Shown here one piece after another: positions 28,201-37,179 of a stretch of DNA of 64,000 nt. Under the pieces are notes generated by a model. That model did not search any database, had not been told where the DNA came from, and worked only from the letters and a program-made list of their open reading frames with translations. The stretch is taken from the sequence record MW384823.1; one strand, 5' to 3'. Position 1 is the first letter of the stretch. Every line of letters starts with the position of its first letter. Made by a program: the position numbers and the translations under genes.

Positions 28201-29343
28201 AATGCCGCCGCGTCCCTGAACATAAATCTTCTGGTCATCAGGGTCGCTGGTTTGCCCGCCGTCGGTCGGCTGGTATTTCATCAGTAACGTGGTCGTGAGC
28301 AGCACCTTCCCGTTCAGGGTCAGTTTGTCCATCCCGAGCGCGTTACCGGATGATTCGATACGCAAGGTATTTGTCCCCGACGTCCACTCCATGAAACGGG
28401 TCGTGGGGTCATTGGCATCGTACCCAGCAGCCAAAATCACCGCGCCGTTACTTTTAATCGTAAAGGCGGTATCGGTGAACGTGATTTCAGAAGTGCCGCT
28501 TTTGGACTTGAACAACGAACGGTTCGCAGCCAATTGCTGAATAAAGACACCGGAGACATCTTTGCACGCCCACTTCTCGATGTACTTATCGATGTCGCTT
28601 TGCTGGAGCCCCAAGGCACGGATTTCAGCGGTCAGGGTACGTAGGGTCTTCCCGTAAGCTAAGAACGTGTCTGGAGTCTTCAGGTTCGCAGGATGGACAT
28701 TGGCTTGCGCCGCTGTCGTTCCGTGTGGGTTATGCGCCGCAATGTGTGCCGGGTAGTTGAAGTCGGTGATCTCTTTAGCCAACCCGGCGACCGTGACTTT
28801 CAGTGCAGCAAGCTTTGCCTTAACTGCATCGTTTGCCGCTTCGGAGTCCAGCTCAACATCGTGCACCGCTGAGGCCACGTACTTTTTGTTCAGCAGGTCA
28901 TGCCACGACGTGGCAGCCGGTTTAGCTGGGAAGAATGTCGGGCGATTATTAACCTTAAACCAATCTGCATCCACAGGGTTGTTCAGGTATTTAATCAGTT
29001 CATCGAGCATGTCAATGAACGGCGAATAGAACGTATCCCCCAACGCTTGACCGGTAAAGGTCAACGACCCACCGATTTTCGGATTGATGAGGTGGACACC
29101 ACACGCGACTGGTGTGGCAACCGACTCATTCAGTTCTGGCATCTGGTAGGTTATTTCATAATCGACACCACGGGTAAGCGGGGTCGTACTGCCGGACGCA
29201 GTCACCACTAAGCTGACTTCGAAGAACGGGCGGTTTTTCAGAATCACCACCCGGTCATCGGTTTTGTCGTTCGTGATGATGCGTTCTTCCCTGAACGCAT
29301 TTGCGGGGCTAGTACCCTTCCAGTCGTAAGGATACGAAACCAT
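25264..29343 (-). CDS. giant tail-fibre-like virion protein (1359 aa)
   Basis: RPFF...RGVDYE N-domain; HIAAHNPH; DNTADVDKPVS...HKH. Confidence 0.7.
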   Translation of the reverse strand: MVSYPYDWKGTSPANAFREERIITNDKTDDRVVILKNRPFFEVSLVVTASGSTTPLTRGVDYEITYQMPELNESVATPVACGVHLINPKIGGSLTFTGQALGDTFYSPFIDMLDELIKYLNNPVDADWFKVNNRPTFFPAKPAATSWHDLLNKKYVASAVHDVELDSEAANDAVKAKLAALKVTVAGLAKEITDFNYPAHIAAHNPHGTTAAQANVHPANLKTPDTFLAYGKTLRTLTAEIRALGLQQSDIDKYIEKWACKDVSGVFIQQLAANRSLFKSKSGTSEITFTDTAFTIKSNGAVILAAGYDANDPTTRFMEWTSGTNTLRIESSGNALGMDKLTLNGKVLLTTTLLMKYQPTDGGQTSDPDDQKIYVQGRGGISVTGKGSKADPVKATLSLPTATSAVKGTAVLKSGTGDETTGVASTPDSLQPYEGKASGYVAKTTMLNSKPMDDGARVMTKADIGLSQADNTADVDKPVSADQSTAMDGLSDKGHKHTFASLNLPLATNVSEGLGRYTDLDDGLVANKGVTPNVLKRLSDRLDVISDALKSVKTGVSSDFSIINASTWSVASGRILQVKDLQYFYLRGNDRAEGKVSGSINLETTPMFNWFSPNNTMERNWTPAVKNTAANFDFSTISSKPKFALKATPIGLSATGMGNLSVISLLSKLRLKSYTGTLRLYIVAGGKVTVYLDGQEVGTGNSPLFLEVDVNSAKQSACLGIRADCNDPTKAAAMAFEVYDESLPIYRSDVGTPITQLGEFMTPTFGNRHFLYLNMVTQSMYSRAEPQLTNEVAPETALIGVVDVPAGGISTSTISFPMMHDYGVSNEAADHIASLQQHLAVARDWSLADNALMLPIGKLRFNSPSALYGEVTAGAETVYGLAQMSRNSATKKAYMLLETTEQSPQWWFTPSNPKANGAATFQGGLVYEEYQTNGLFAQPLPALLFASPTLGSVSADYRNRYLRVPLDGATEPDYGYVNAIASHAGVETTLPTFESNILYSKTTSLRKNEASSVLGVMDLTTLKAGSPRLAVRYSYNVTLRKLSVFSVYFAGNPNDTDGSLLINELEIQFDVDVRGLMGGYVGLELPPLGGGASVCSLLGSVAPLEGIGFVEDNYQYLRSLFESYADSGVLPNTSVNNATVVVPAGVFTPDVRYTEYQLVPMGCRSFHASHAGYLPLAFNRDAVLQSVHSVVTNGNWFGKYGSSDGTNFLVAGMVVDYNLPQASKVAKLKIVKGTAAKAVRQIAIGGQVVNVAAGSPVAGEIGVPFSARRGGLKLQLVYLPGYTPDPLTLEFTYELYDAGGTLLTTITEATVADAMWFVADRYTAKRINPLHMTTKLWNVLQAKMDAERTTDGTDLGQWV

Positions 29344-29353
29344 TTGCTTCTCC

Positions 29354-32300
29354 TTAATCTCTAAATACGATGGCCTTGTAGTTACTACCTACGAGTTGCA
29401 AGTCCATCCCCACGTAGTTTATCGCGCTCGGCAGACCGTCAGCCCATTTCGCCGCCGCAATGCTGTTGGCGATAACGGATTTCTTGAGGTCAAACGCTTG
29501 CGAGTTACCAGCCGCCCCTTCGTAGACACGCACACGCCCCAACTCACTGTAGTTGTTCAGGTAGTCGAGTGCTGTAACATATTTGTGCTGTGCATTGAAT
29601 TGACCGTCGGTATAACTCACTTTGATTTTTGCCGTTTTGTTCAGCGCTGCCCCGACACCGAAGTAAATCGGCTTTTCAGGTGTGCTGAGGAGCATGGCAA
29701 CGTCGATATCAGCTGCCGCTAAACGGCTTGTGATGTCAGTCGTGCTTTTCTCCCCGGTGTCTGTCCGTTCAATCACCATCGTTGACGCAGCAGGTGCCAG
29801 TGTCACCGTGTACTTGATGGTGTAGTTCAAAAGGCTCACTGTCCCGGTCATGACAATGTTTGGGCCACGGTTCAGGCCATACGTCAGTCGAGGGTTGAGT
29901 CTGTCAAACGATGATGCTATCGCGTAACGTGACTCATCGATACCCAACATGAACGATGGGTTCGGTGCAGACGCTCCCCAGTTCCCGCACAACGCGAGGT
30001 TGACACGGTTACCGGCAGGGCTGTTGATTCCCGACGTAGTAACGGCAAGAGACAAGGTGCGGAAGACATTGTCTTTCTTGTACGCCAAGAGGTGCAAGAC
30101 ACCGTCACCCGAAACAGTCGAGCCGTCCGGTGTGAAGTTCACACCCACACCGTCAATGAACGACAATGGCGTCACGTTCAACCATCCAGCGCGGAACGTG
30201 GACGTAACTTGGAAGCCACCATCAATAGGGTAACCGGCCGCCAAAGCAGTCAGACCTTCAATGGCAAACTCACGCCAGTCACTTCCTACGTTGTTTACCG
30301 CACCTGACCCACCGACCCACGAAATACCTTCACGGCCGTAGGTGTAGCCGAAGTCCCGCTGTGTGATAGCACGCGGGGTGTGTGCGTTCACGTCTGCCGC
30401 ATGGTCAGCCAGCTCACGGTAATCGCCCAAACGGGTCACGTTACGCACGCTCGCAGAAATGATGCCGTCTTCATCTGTCAGAACATCGCCAATCCGCGTC
30501 ATCGTTTCTGACTCGGCGAGGTTGGCACTGTCCTTAATGACATAAACAGCCGCATTATCCACGATGTCCACAAAGATACCGAACGTGGCGTCTTCGTGGC
30601 TTGCCGGGAACAGCTCAGCAACGTTGAAGGTGGTCAATGGCACCGCGTAATCACGCCCAACGAAGTAGTTGTTCGCTTTGATGGACACCATCCAGCCTGT
30701 GGACGTTGCACCCGCCTGAATTGCGCCATTGCCGCTTGAGCCATAACGCAGGATATCAATCACCGCATTCGGGTCACTGTTGTCCTGTACAGCTTCAAGC
30801 TTCGCCACGTCTTTCAGTTGTTGAACCACGTAAGAACCGTCGAGTGCAAGTGTTGCGTCATTCACCAGACCACCGTAACGGATAAGGCCCGCTTTGGCGG
30901 TAGTGGCCGAACCGATACCGAACGCCGCAGCGTCATGGGTATGGCCAACCTGCGCATACTTCGCAAACTCGGTGGCTTGCGCGGTCGACACCGGCAGTGC
31001 ATCATCGCCGATGTTTTCCACGCTACCCAGATTCAGCGTATACTTATCAATGGTCACCGAAGACGCCAGTGACACCCCATTGATGTACGCACGCGCCTTC
31101 TCCAGTTTCCCAGTGAACGTCTGCGCCAGCTTCTTAATCAGTGCCGGAGTGGCAGCCAATGACTGCGAGTCACCAAACTCACTGGTGAGTAAGCGCATGG
31201 CCAGTGTATTTACATCCGAATCCGATGGCGGAACAAAGGTCAGGATAAACGGCTGGGTTTCAATCCCGTTGCCGGTGATTGTGACCGTTGTGGTGTTGGC
31301 ACCGTAATAGACGCCGTCACCACCCCCGCTATTCCCCGGCAGGTACTGACCAACCGTCGTCGGGTCGAGTAAGATTTTGTTGTTCCACCGCAGACCACGC
31401 GAGTCAGGGTAGAGCACAAACGTATTCGCCCCCGCCGTAAACGTAATCGGTTGGTTACCGGCAGACACTCGGATATTGTCCCGCGCTAAGGCACGCACCG
31501 CCTTGTCATCAACCTGTAAGTTCGTTCCCACACCATTCGACTCAGCGTCTTTTGATGAGGTAACAGATGACAGACCCGGCAACATGGTAAAGGTGCCAGT
31601 AATCGTACGGGCGGCACCCGTCCGCAACATTTTGTCTGTGAAGTCTGAGGCTTTCGCACTGAGGCCATTCACATACGTGGCTAATTGCGCCTGTGTACGC
31701 CCGTAGACGAGCGCTGCATCGTCAGCAATACCGTTGGTCTCAATGGTCCGCATACGCCCGTAGGAATCGTCTCCGTGCGGATTGTTCTTATCGGTAACGT
31801 GTGCGATTGCCGGTGAGGTACGGTACAGCTTATCCACCAACTCATGGTATTTCTTGAGAATGGTTAAGACATCACTGCCGTCTGGCGTCTCTACGTTTGC
31901 ACCCGGAAGGGTTTGTACAGAGAACGTGTCGCCCACATCACCGTAGAACCAATAGCGGATGTCGGTTGTGCGCTTAGACAAACGCGAGCCGATGGATTGG
32001 GATGCCCAAATAGACGCTAACACTGCCGGTGGGTTTTTGAAGTCCAGCTTGGTATCCAGAATCACGACACCATTCTGCTCGACGCGAATCGCGATGGTGT
32101 CGTCTGTCCAGCTGTTATCAACGAACACTCTGAACGGTTTCGCAAAGAGAACGTTAGCCGGGATCGATGCCGAAGCGAACGGGGTGTGCAGGTAATCGTA
32201 ACTTCCGCCATTCGGGTCAAGAGAATAGAGAACGGCTTGGAGTTGTCCGTTCGAATACTCTAGATGGATACCCGCGAACCCACTTCCCCAGTAATTTCGC

Positions 32301-33034
32301 AGCGACAGCGAAAAATTATCAGCCGTCGGCGTGGTCTGTGAGGGGAGATTAAACGTCATCGCCAAGGTATAGTCTTTCAAATACTGACCGGAACCTTGGA
32401 TGATGTAAAACGGACTGCTCGGCTTTTTCGCGAACTTCCAACTGGCATCGTTTTGGTAAACGACTTCGCCACGGGTGTAGTTACCTTCGTGGTTAGTGAA
32501 GCCATAGGTGTTGTTGATGATAGGGTCTGGAATCGGGGGAACTTCGGTCAGCTTCTTACCGATGGCCGCAATGGCCGTCATCAGTTCACGCTCACCTTTC
32601 CAGTTTTCCCAATCGAATTGGATGTCAACTGGTGGGAAGTACACATCCCCAATCACCATTTCCCACTGACAGTCAGACGGGAACACATCTTTATTACGGT
32701 CACGCTCAGCGTTGACCTGCGCAGTCGTTCCAGCACCGATACCTACCGCGTGGTAATCCAGTGTGAAGTTCTGCGTGTAATCGGGGTTAATTATCCACAC
32801 CATGCCGTGAGTGGCACGGCCCGTCCGCTGCATAGAGGTCATGTAGGGATGGGTGATGACGTAGTCCGAGGCCAGCTTTAAAACTTTACCAGCACTTTTG
32901 ACGACCAATGAACCGGTGTAAAAAGGGCCATTCTTCGGGACCAGCATGCGGTACTTCGTACCAATGACGGTTCCCGGCTCACCGGTAATTTTATTACCCG
33001 GTAATTTTTGATGCGGGTCAAAGACGACAGCCAT
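29354..33034 (-). CDS. giant tail-fibre-like virion protein (1226 aa)
   Basis: GPFY N-domain; HVTDKNNPH; ENIGDDALPVS...HTH. Confidence 0.7.
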   Translation of the reverse strand: MAVVFDPHQKLPGNKITGEPGTVIGTKYRMLVPKNGPFYTGSLVVKSAGKVLKLASDYVITHPYMTSMQRTGRATHGMVWIINPDYTQNFTLDYHAVGIGAGTTAQVNAERDRNKDVFPSDCQWEMVIGDVYFPPVDIQFDWENWKGERELMTAIAAIGKKLTEVPPIPDPIINNTYGFTNHEGNYTRGEVVYQNDASWKFAKKPSSPFYIIQGSGQYLKDYTLAMTFNLPSQTTPTADNFSLSLRNYWGSGFAGIHLEYSNGQLQAVLYSLDPNGGSYDYLHTPFASASIPANVLFAKPFRVFVDNSWTDDTIAIRVEQNGVVILDTKLDFKNPPAVLASIWASQSIGSRLSKRTTDIRYWFYGDVGDTFSVQTLPGANVETPDGSDVLTILKKYHELVDKLYRTSPAIAHVTDKNNPHGDDSYGRMRTIETNGIADDAALVYGRTQAQLATYVNGLSAKASDFTDKMLRTGAARTITGTFTMLPGLSSVTSSKDAESNGVGTNLQVDDKAVRALARDNIRVSAGNQPITFTAGANTFVLYPDSRGLRWNNKILLDPTTVGQYLPGNSGGGDGVYYGANTTTVTITGNGIETQPFILTFVPPSDSDVNTLAMRLLTSEFGDSQSLAATPALIKKLAQTFTGKLEKARAYINGVSLASSVTIDKYTLNLGSVENIGDDALPVSTAQATEFAKYAQVGHTHDAAAFGIGSATTAKAGLIRYGGLVNDATLALDGSYVVQQLKDVAKLEAVQDNSDPNAVIDILRYGSSGNGAIQAGATSTGWMVSIKANNYFVGRDYAVPLTTFNVAELFPASHEDATFGIFVDIVDNAAVYVIKDSANLAESETMTRIGDVLTDEDGIISASVRNVTRLGDYRELADHAADVNAHTPRAITQRDFGYTYGREGISWVGGSGAVNNVGSDWREFAIEGLTALAAGYPIDGGFQVTSTFRAGWLNVTPLSFIDGVGVNFTPDGSTVSGDGVLHLLAYKKDNVFRTLSLAVTTSGINSPAGNRVNLALCGNWGASAPNPSFMLGIDESRYAIASSFDRLNPRLTYGLNRGPNIVMTGTVSLLNYTIKYTVTLAPAASTMVIERTDTGEKSTTDITSRLAAADIDVAMLLSTPEKPIYFGVGAALNKTAKIKVSYTDGQFNAQHKYVTALDYLNNYSELGRVRVYEGAAGNSQAFDLKKSVIANSIAAAKWADGLPSAINYVGMDLQLVGSNYKAIVFRD

Positions 33035-33100
33035 TTTCTACTCCTTAATATCCAAGTCGTCGAGTTCATACTATGACCTGAACCCTTAGAGGAATCGCTT

Positions 33101-34360
33101 GTGGATGCTATTTATCAAGTGCGGGGCGACTGTGCATTTGGCTTCTCCAGAGACACCCGGACTTGGGTTGCCATCGACGTTTCCCAGCCATTAAAAACAC
33201 TCTGTGGAGATTACCACACTTTCGAAGTGGGGTTAGAATCCCTCGGACGCGAGTTTACCTTATTCAGTCTGTATTACTTAGGCGAACTCCAGCAGCGCTC
33301 TGATACGTTGCAAGACTGGTTAAACACCAAGGCGGGGATAAGTCTGGCCCTGCTGAAAGATGGGCTGCCTAAGCTCGAGTTTGTAGAAGGTCACTACCAG
33401 TGCCTGAATGCGCCTGTGGGGCCAGAAGCCTACCTGTGCCCACCAAACTACCACTACAGTCAGGACTTTGCGTTAGACGACGCGAGCGACATGGTGGTGC
33501 TGGCAACCGGGGAAGACCGGCAGACATTAGCCACCAATGCGCTGTTCAACGTTAATGGTCAGTGGGTACCCCACAAACAAGACACCGTGGGTGTGCGCTT
33601 ACCGGGGGCGGGTAATGTGGTTCGTCGTAGCGGGCAATCAGATATCGGTTGTTGGTTCTTTGATGACATTGGGTCGGTTGAAACCTATCCACTGAAAGAC
33701 CTGACCATCAACAAACTGGACACGACGCGCGATTACCACTCTACCCTGATGGTTTCACTCCCAACGAGCATCACCGGGAAAACTGTCGGGTATGTGATTG
33801 GGGGTATTCTGCACTGGTTGAAGCCGGAGTTCTATTTCAGCGACAAAGCCATCATGCTGAGTCTGCCGAACATGAGCCTGATTAAAACCATTATGGAAAC
33901 CCGTGAGTATTACGACTGGGAGAAAATTGGTCTGGGCGATTTGTCCACACCGACCTCAGTGAATGCGCTCAGAAACCCAGAGAACTTCAAAGCATTGCTC
34001 CAGCACGAGTCAAGCTTCATTGTGTTGGTCGATAACCCGTATCTGGAGTTTGAAGAACTCGGTCTGAACCACGGTGCCTCATACGGTCGTTTCCACCTGC
34101 GTGACCCGAATGATATCGACAGTGAAAAACCGCTCGGCCCACTGTTTAATCAGTTCGGCAAATGTGTGGGGTACTGGCCAACGTGGGAAGACGGGGAATG
34201 GACATTCCATACCGGGGAACTGACGCGACCGAATTGGTTGTTTAACCGCAGCCAGTGGCAAAGTCAGGGTCTGGTAAATGATGCCATCCCGATTCACAGC
34301 TACCAGCCGTATCGCGTTATCAATGCGTACATGAAGCGCGTTAAAGCACGAAAAAAATAA
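33101..34360 (+). CDS. hypothetical protein, probably virion structural
   Basis: 419 aa; GTG start after GAGG; divergent from the fibre operon. Confidence 0.6.
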   Translation: MDAIYQVRGDCAFGFSRDTRTWVAIDVSQPLKTLCGDYHTFEVGLESLGREFTLFSLYYLGELQQRSDTLQDWLNTKAGISLALLKDGLPKLEFVEGHYQCLNAPVGPEAYLCPPNYHYSQDFALDDASDMVVLATGEDRQTLATNALFNVNGQWVPHKQDTVGVRLPGAGNVVRRSGQSDIGCWFFDDIGSVETYPLKDLTINKLDTTRDYHSTLMVSLPTSITGKTVGYVIGGILHWLKPEFYFSDKAIMLSLPNMSLIKTIMETREYYDWEKIGLGDLSTPTSVNALRNPENFKALLQHESSFIVLVDNPYLEFEELGLNHGASYGRFHLRDPNDIDSEKPLGPLFNQFGKCVGYWPTWEDGEWTFHTGELTRPNWLFNRSQWQSQGLVNDAIPIHSYQPYRVINAYMKRVKARKK

Positions 34361-34406
34361 CCTATCTACCTCTCCTTCACGGGAGAGGTAGTGGTTTTAC
34401 TTTTTT
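34351..34406. terminator. bidirectional intrinsic terminator
   Basis: CTACCTCTCC stem with GGAGAGGTAG, flanked by A and T runs; between convergent genes. Confidence 0.75.
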
Positions 34407-34408
34407 GC

Positions 34409-34618
34409 TTATTCAGCTTTGTAGACGATGGCGCTACCGTGTTGGGTGTTGTTGCCGGAGATACCGACCACCTTGAACGCATCGCCGCCTGCTTCTTCGG
34501 CTTTCTTAGCCAGCGCGGCAGTTACGTCATCAACAGTTGAACCGGTAGCACTGACGTTACTGATTTTCTTGTAGTTAGACGGAATGGTTTCTGCGCTTGC
34601 GAACTCTTTAATGCTCAT
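34409..34618 (-). CDS. DUF1471 (BhsA/McbA/YdgH-like) domain protein lacking a signal peptide
   Basis: ISNVSATG-STVDDVTAALAKKAEEAGGDAFKVVGISGNNTQHGSAIVYK matches the DUF1471 pattern; GAGG SD. Confidence 0.7.
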   Translation of the reverse strand: MSIKEFASAETIPSNYKKISNVSATGSTVDDVTAALAKKAEEAGGDAFKVVGISGNNTQHGSAIVYKAE

Positions 34619-34681
34619 TACAAAATCCTCTTTCTGATTAAAGGCACAATGCCATGTAGCATATTAACAGGCCAGAACAGT

Positions 34682-34718
34682 AAAAAAGAAAAGAACCCTA
34701 CTCCTCGGAGTAGGGGTT
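34682..34718 (-). terminator. intrinsic terminator
   Basis: CCCTACTC/GAGTAGGG stem with an A run on its left (T run on the minus strand). Confidence 0.6.
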
Positions 34719-34871
34719 TCCCATGGCGTTAATTTAGACCGAGGTCTGCCATGCCTATTGTGAACATCTTCAAATTAGCGCTGAAAAAGTGGCTGCTTAA
34801 CAAGACGGGGTTTAATGTCGTCGAGTATTCGACAGCTATGACGTTTGTCATAATAGACAGTTGTCTTGTAA

Positions 34872-35138
34872 TTAATGTTTCACTTCGTTGCGCTTGGCAT
34901 GAAAGACCGTGTCCCGTTTAGCAGGAGTCAACACTGGGTAGTCAACAAACCCCGGCACGTTACGGTTCTTCTCTTTGGCTTCTTTCGAGGCCCAGAACGG
35001 GACATCGAGCACGAAGACCAATTCCCCGCGTGCAACGGGACCCTCATAACCGATGGGGCCGCCCTTCGTTTCATCGATGAGGCCGGGTGAGAACATCGCG
35101 CCGTGCGCGGGAATAATCATTCTGTCTTTGATAGCCAT
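34872..35138 (-). CDS. small hypothetical protein downstream of the spike gene
   Basis: 88 aa, 11 bp after the spike stop. Confidence 0.55.
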   Translation of the reverse strand: MAIKDRMIIPAHGAMFSPGLIDETKGGPIGYEGPVARGELVFVLDVPFWASKEAKEKNRNVPGFVDYPVLTPAKRDTVFHAKRNEVKH

Positions 35139-35149
35139 ATACTTTACCT

Positions 35150-36076
35150 TTACTGTGGTTTGGACACCAGATTGCCATCGCCTTGTTCGCGGTGCGTGTG
35201 AACAGAGAACGTGATGTTCGCAATCTTCGCATCCGTAACCGTGAACAGACCTTTACCTTCACCTGTGCCACCATACAGGAAGTCTTTCACGACTTCGACG
35301 TTGCCGGTGAACTTGGACTTCGGTGAGTCGACCAACCAGTCTTGTGTTTTGAACGTGGCCGATTTACCAGCGGTCACATCCCAGACCTCACACTTACCCT
35401 TGATGAGTTTCGATTCCATGTTTATCGATTTCTTCGAGAACATGAAGATGTCTTCTTTGTTCATGTTGATTTTCGATAGCATGGCGTTCTCAAACCCAAG
35501 GTCATATTCCAGTGAGTTCATGTAATACTGGTTGCCGAGGTGGTCACGACAAATCCACGTACCGTCGCGGGTGTTGAACTGATGGATGTACGCCGCCTTC
35601 TCCCCATTCATCATCGAGGTACGCAGGGTAATGTGTCCGTCCATCGGTGAGTAGTTCACGACGTAGGCGTTTGACAGGTCATCCGCCATCATGTTGTTCG
35701 GGTCGGCCGAGAAGGCGAAGATAGCATCTTCTAATCGCTTCACGTTTGCCGTGTTCAAGTCAACCCAAAAGAAGATGTCTGTTTCGCCCAAGCGATAAAT
35801 CAGCACTTGGTCTTCTTTACGCACATTCGGGGAGTTGACTCGGTTCGAGTTGAACTTCCACCACCGAGCGGTTATGGTGTTCCCCTCTTTAACTTTTAAG
35901 TTGTCAGTTGCGGTGCCCGTGGAGTGGGATTTTTCTGTTTCCATCTCTTGGACAGCAACCTTGGTCGGTTCCATGAAGCTGACTTCAATGGGAATGATTC
36001 TCACGATATCGGTTTTCCGCGCTTTGTCTTCGGCAACGATACCCAGAGAATAGAAATGGACTTGAGACTTTTCCAC
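35150..36076 (-). CDS. baseplate central spike, gpV/Gp5-like
   Basis: OB-fold-like N-part (PNVRKEDQVLIYR); repetitive beta-rich middle; C-terminal SVHTHREQGDG HxH tip motif; GTG start with GAGGAGGT SD. Confidence 0.7.
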   Translation of the reverse strand: MEKSQVHFYSLGIVAEDKARKTDIVRIIPIEVSFMEPTKVAVQEMETEKSHSTGTATDNLKVKEGNTITARWWKFNSNRVNSPNVRKEDQVLIYRLGETDIFFWVDLNTANVKRLEDAIFAFSADPNNMMADDLSNAYVVNYSPMDGHITLRTSMMNGEKAAYIHQFNTRDGTWICRDHLGNQYYMNSLEYDLGFENAMLSKINMNKEDIFMFSKKSINMESKLIKGKCEVWDVTAGKSATFKTQDWLVDSPKSKFTGNVEVVKDFLYGGTGEGKGLFTVTDAKIANITFSVHTHREQGDGNLVSKPQ

Positions 36077-36361
36077 GTTTACCTCCTCGGTTCTCATATT
36101 ACCCCTTTTTTACGTCTGATCCGTTTGATGTGTCGAAGGGAAACCGTCGGGGGAAAGGGGGGATCTGTGTGAGGATTGCATAGATCAACGGAGGTAGCGT
36201 CCCTGCTACCGACACCCTTTATTCTTTTTGTCTTGACCTTGACCTATTCTTTTTTTTACAGCAGCAGACAGTCGTATGGCACTAAGCCATACGGATACCG
36301 TGTTCGTTATTCCTTTCGAGTAACGTCGGTTATCCCTTCTTCCTTTTTAGAGGTATTAGAG

Positions 36362-37069
36362 ATGGGCAAAATCAATTACAACTTCAATGTTACGTTCGGG
36401 GCGGCTATCTTGGCGGAGGGTGTTGCCGGTGTGCCAAAATCCCAATGGCGGTTAAAGTTCGGTAAGCTCCTGTCAGAATCCGGGATACGGTCAGTTGCCT
36501 CCCCGTACTACGACATCCGTGACCTTATCCCGGTGTCTCCCTGCGAAGACCGCGAGGGTGGTGCCATTATTCTCGAACTCAACAACAATGAGTATCTGCG
36601 TCAGTTAGAGAGTCACTACGCTAAGATGCTAACGGCGGCGTACAATACGGTAGATAAGAAAGTCTCTGTGCATGACATGAATGCCAGACTGACAATTCGC
36701 CAACATGGTCGTTCTTTGACGGATGTTGTCATGGAGTTGTGGGTGAGCGGTAGCGTTAACGATGGTCACCCGCAAGGTGTCCAGCCATTCACCGAATGCT
36801 TCGTGTTTGAAGCGTCCATGCGCCGCGATCCGTACCCAACTGGTACAACGGAATTCGGTACTGACGAAGAACGTATCCCAGATGTCGCTGAACGTAGCAT
36901 CAATTCGCCCGTCTATCTGGTTCAGGCCCAGAATGTGAAGACCACGTTTGGGGTTACCGCAAAAGAAAACCCAGAACGCATTTACATCATGGCGCGTTGG
37001 GCGGGCTGGAGTGAAGTGAAATTCTACGGTGGTCAGGTGTTGCTGATAGCGAAACTGTCTATCGGTTAA
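36362..37069 (+). CDS. hypothetical protein (paralog group with GW...GxQVxLI C-domain)
   Basis: Start moved to MGKINY after GAGG; C-terminus similar to the next two genes. Confidence 0.7.
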   Translation: MGKINYNFNVTFGAAILAEGVAGVPKSQWRLKFGKLLSESGIRSVASPYYDIRDLIPVSPCEDREGGAIILELNNNEYLRQLESHYAKMLTAAYNTVDKKVSVHDMNARLTIRQHGRSLTDVVMELWVSGSVNDGHPQGVQPFTECFVFEASMRRDPYPTGTTEFGTDEERIPDVAERSINSPVYLVQAQNVKTTFGVTAKENPERIYIMARWAGWSEVKFYGGQVLLIAKLSIG

Positions 37070-37073
37070 CTGT

Positions 37074-37107
37074 GTGGGGCTTCGGCCCCACTTCGATTAA
37101 ATTTTTT
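37074..37107 (+). terminator. intrinsic terminator
   Basis: GTGGGGC-ttcg-GCCCCAC, with a T run 10 nt downstream. Confidence 0.6.
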
Positions 37108-37133
37108 CTCAGATATATATTACCTGAGTGAGA
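37107..37133 (+). promoter_or_regulatory. phiKZ-type early promoter
   Basis: TCTCAGATATATATTACCTGAGTGAGA contains TATATTAC; 25/27 identical to the 40195 copy. Confidence 0.7.
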
Positions 37134-37179
37134 TTACATTGGTAATCTTTAATCTATTGACTGTCGAGGATTACTTATC

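Noticed and set aside
34751-34921. 56-aa plus-strand ORF with a GAGG SD
   Set aside because: It overlaps the 3' end of the convergent 88-aa gene, has no terminator or motif support, and is too weak to call.
36097-36162. CCCCTTT...AAAGGGG pairing that could sequester the SD of the spike gene
   Set aside because: A perfect GAGGAGGT SD points to the GTG at 36076 as the real start, outside the pairing. The 7-bp stem spans 45 nt and is weak.
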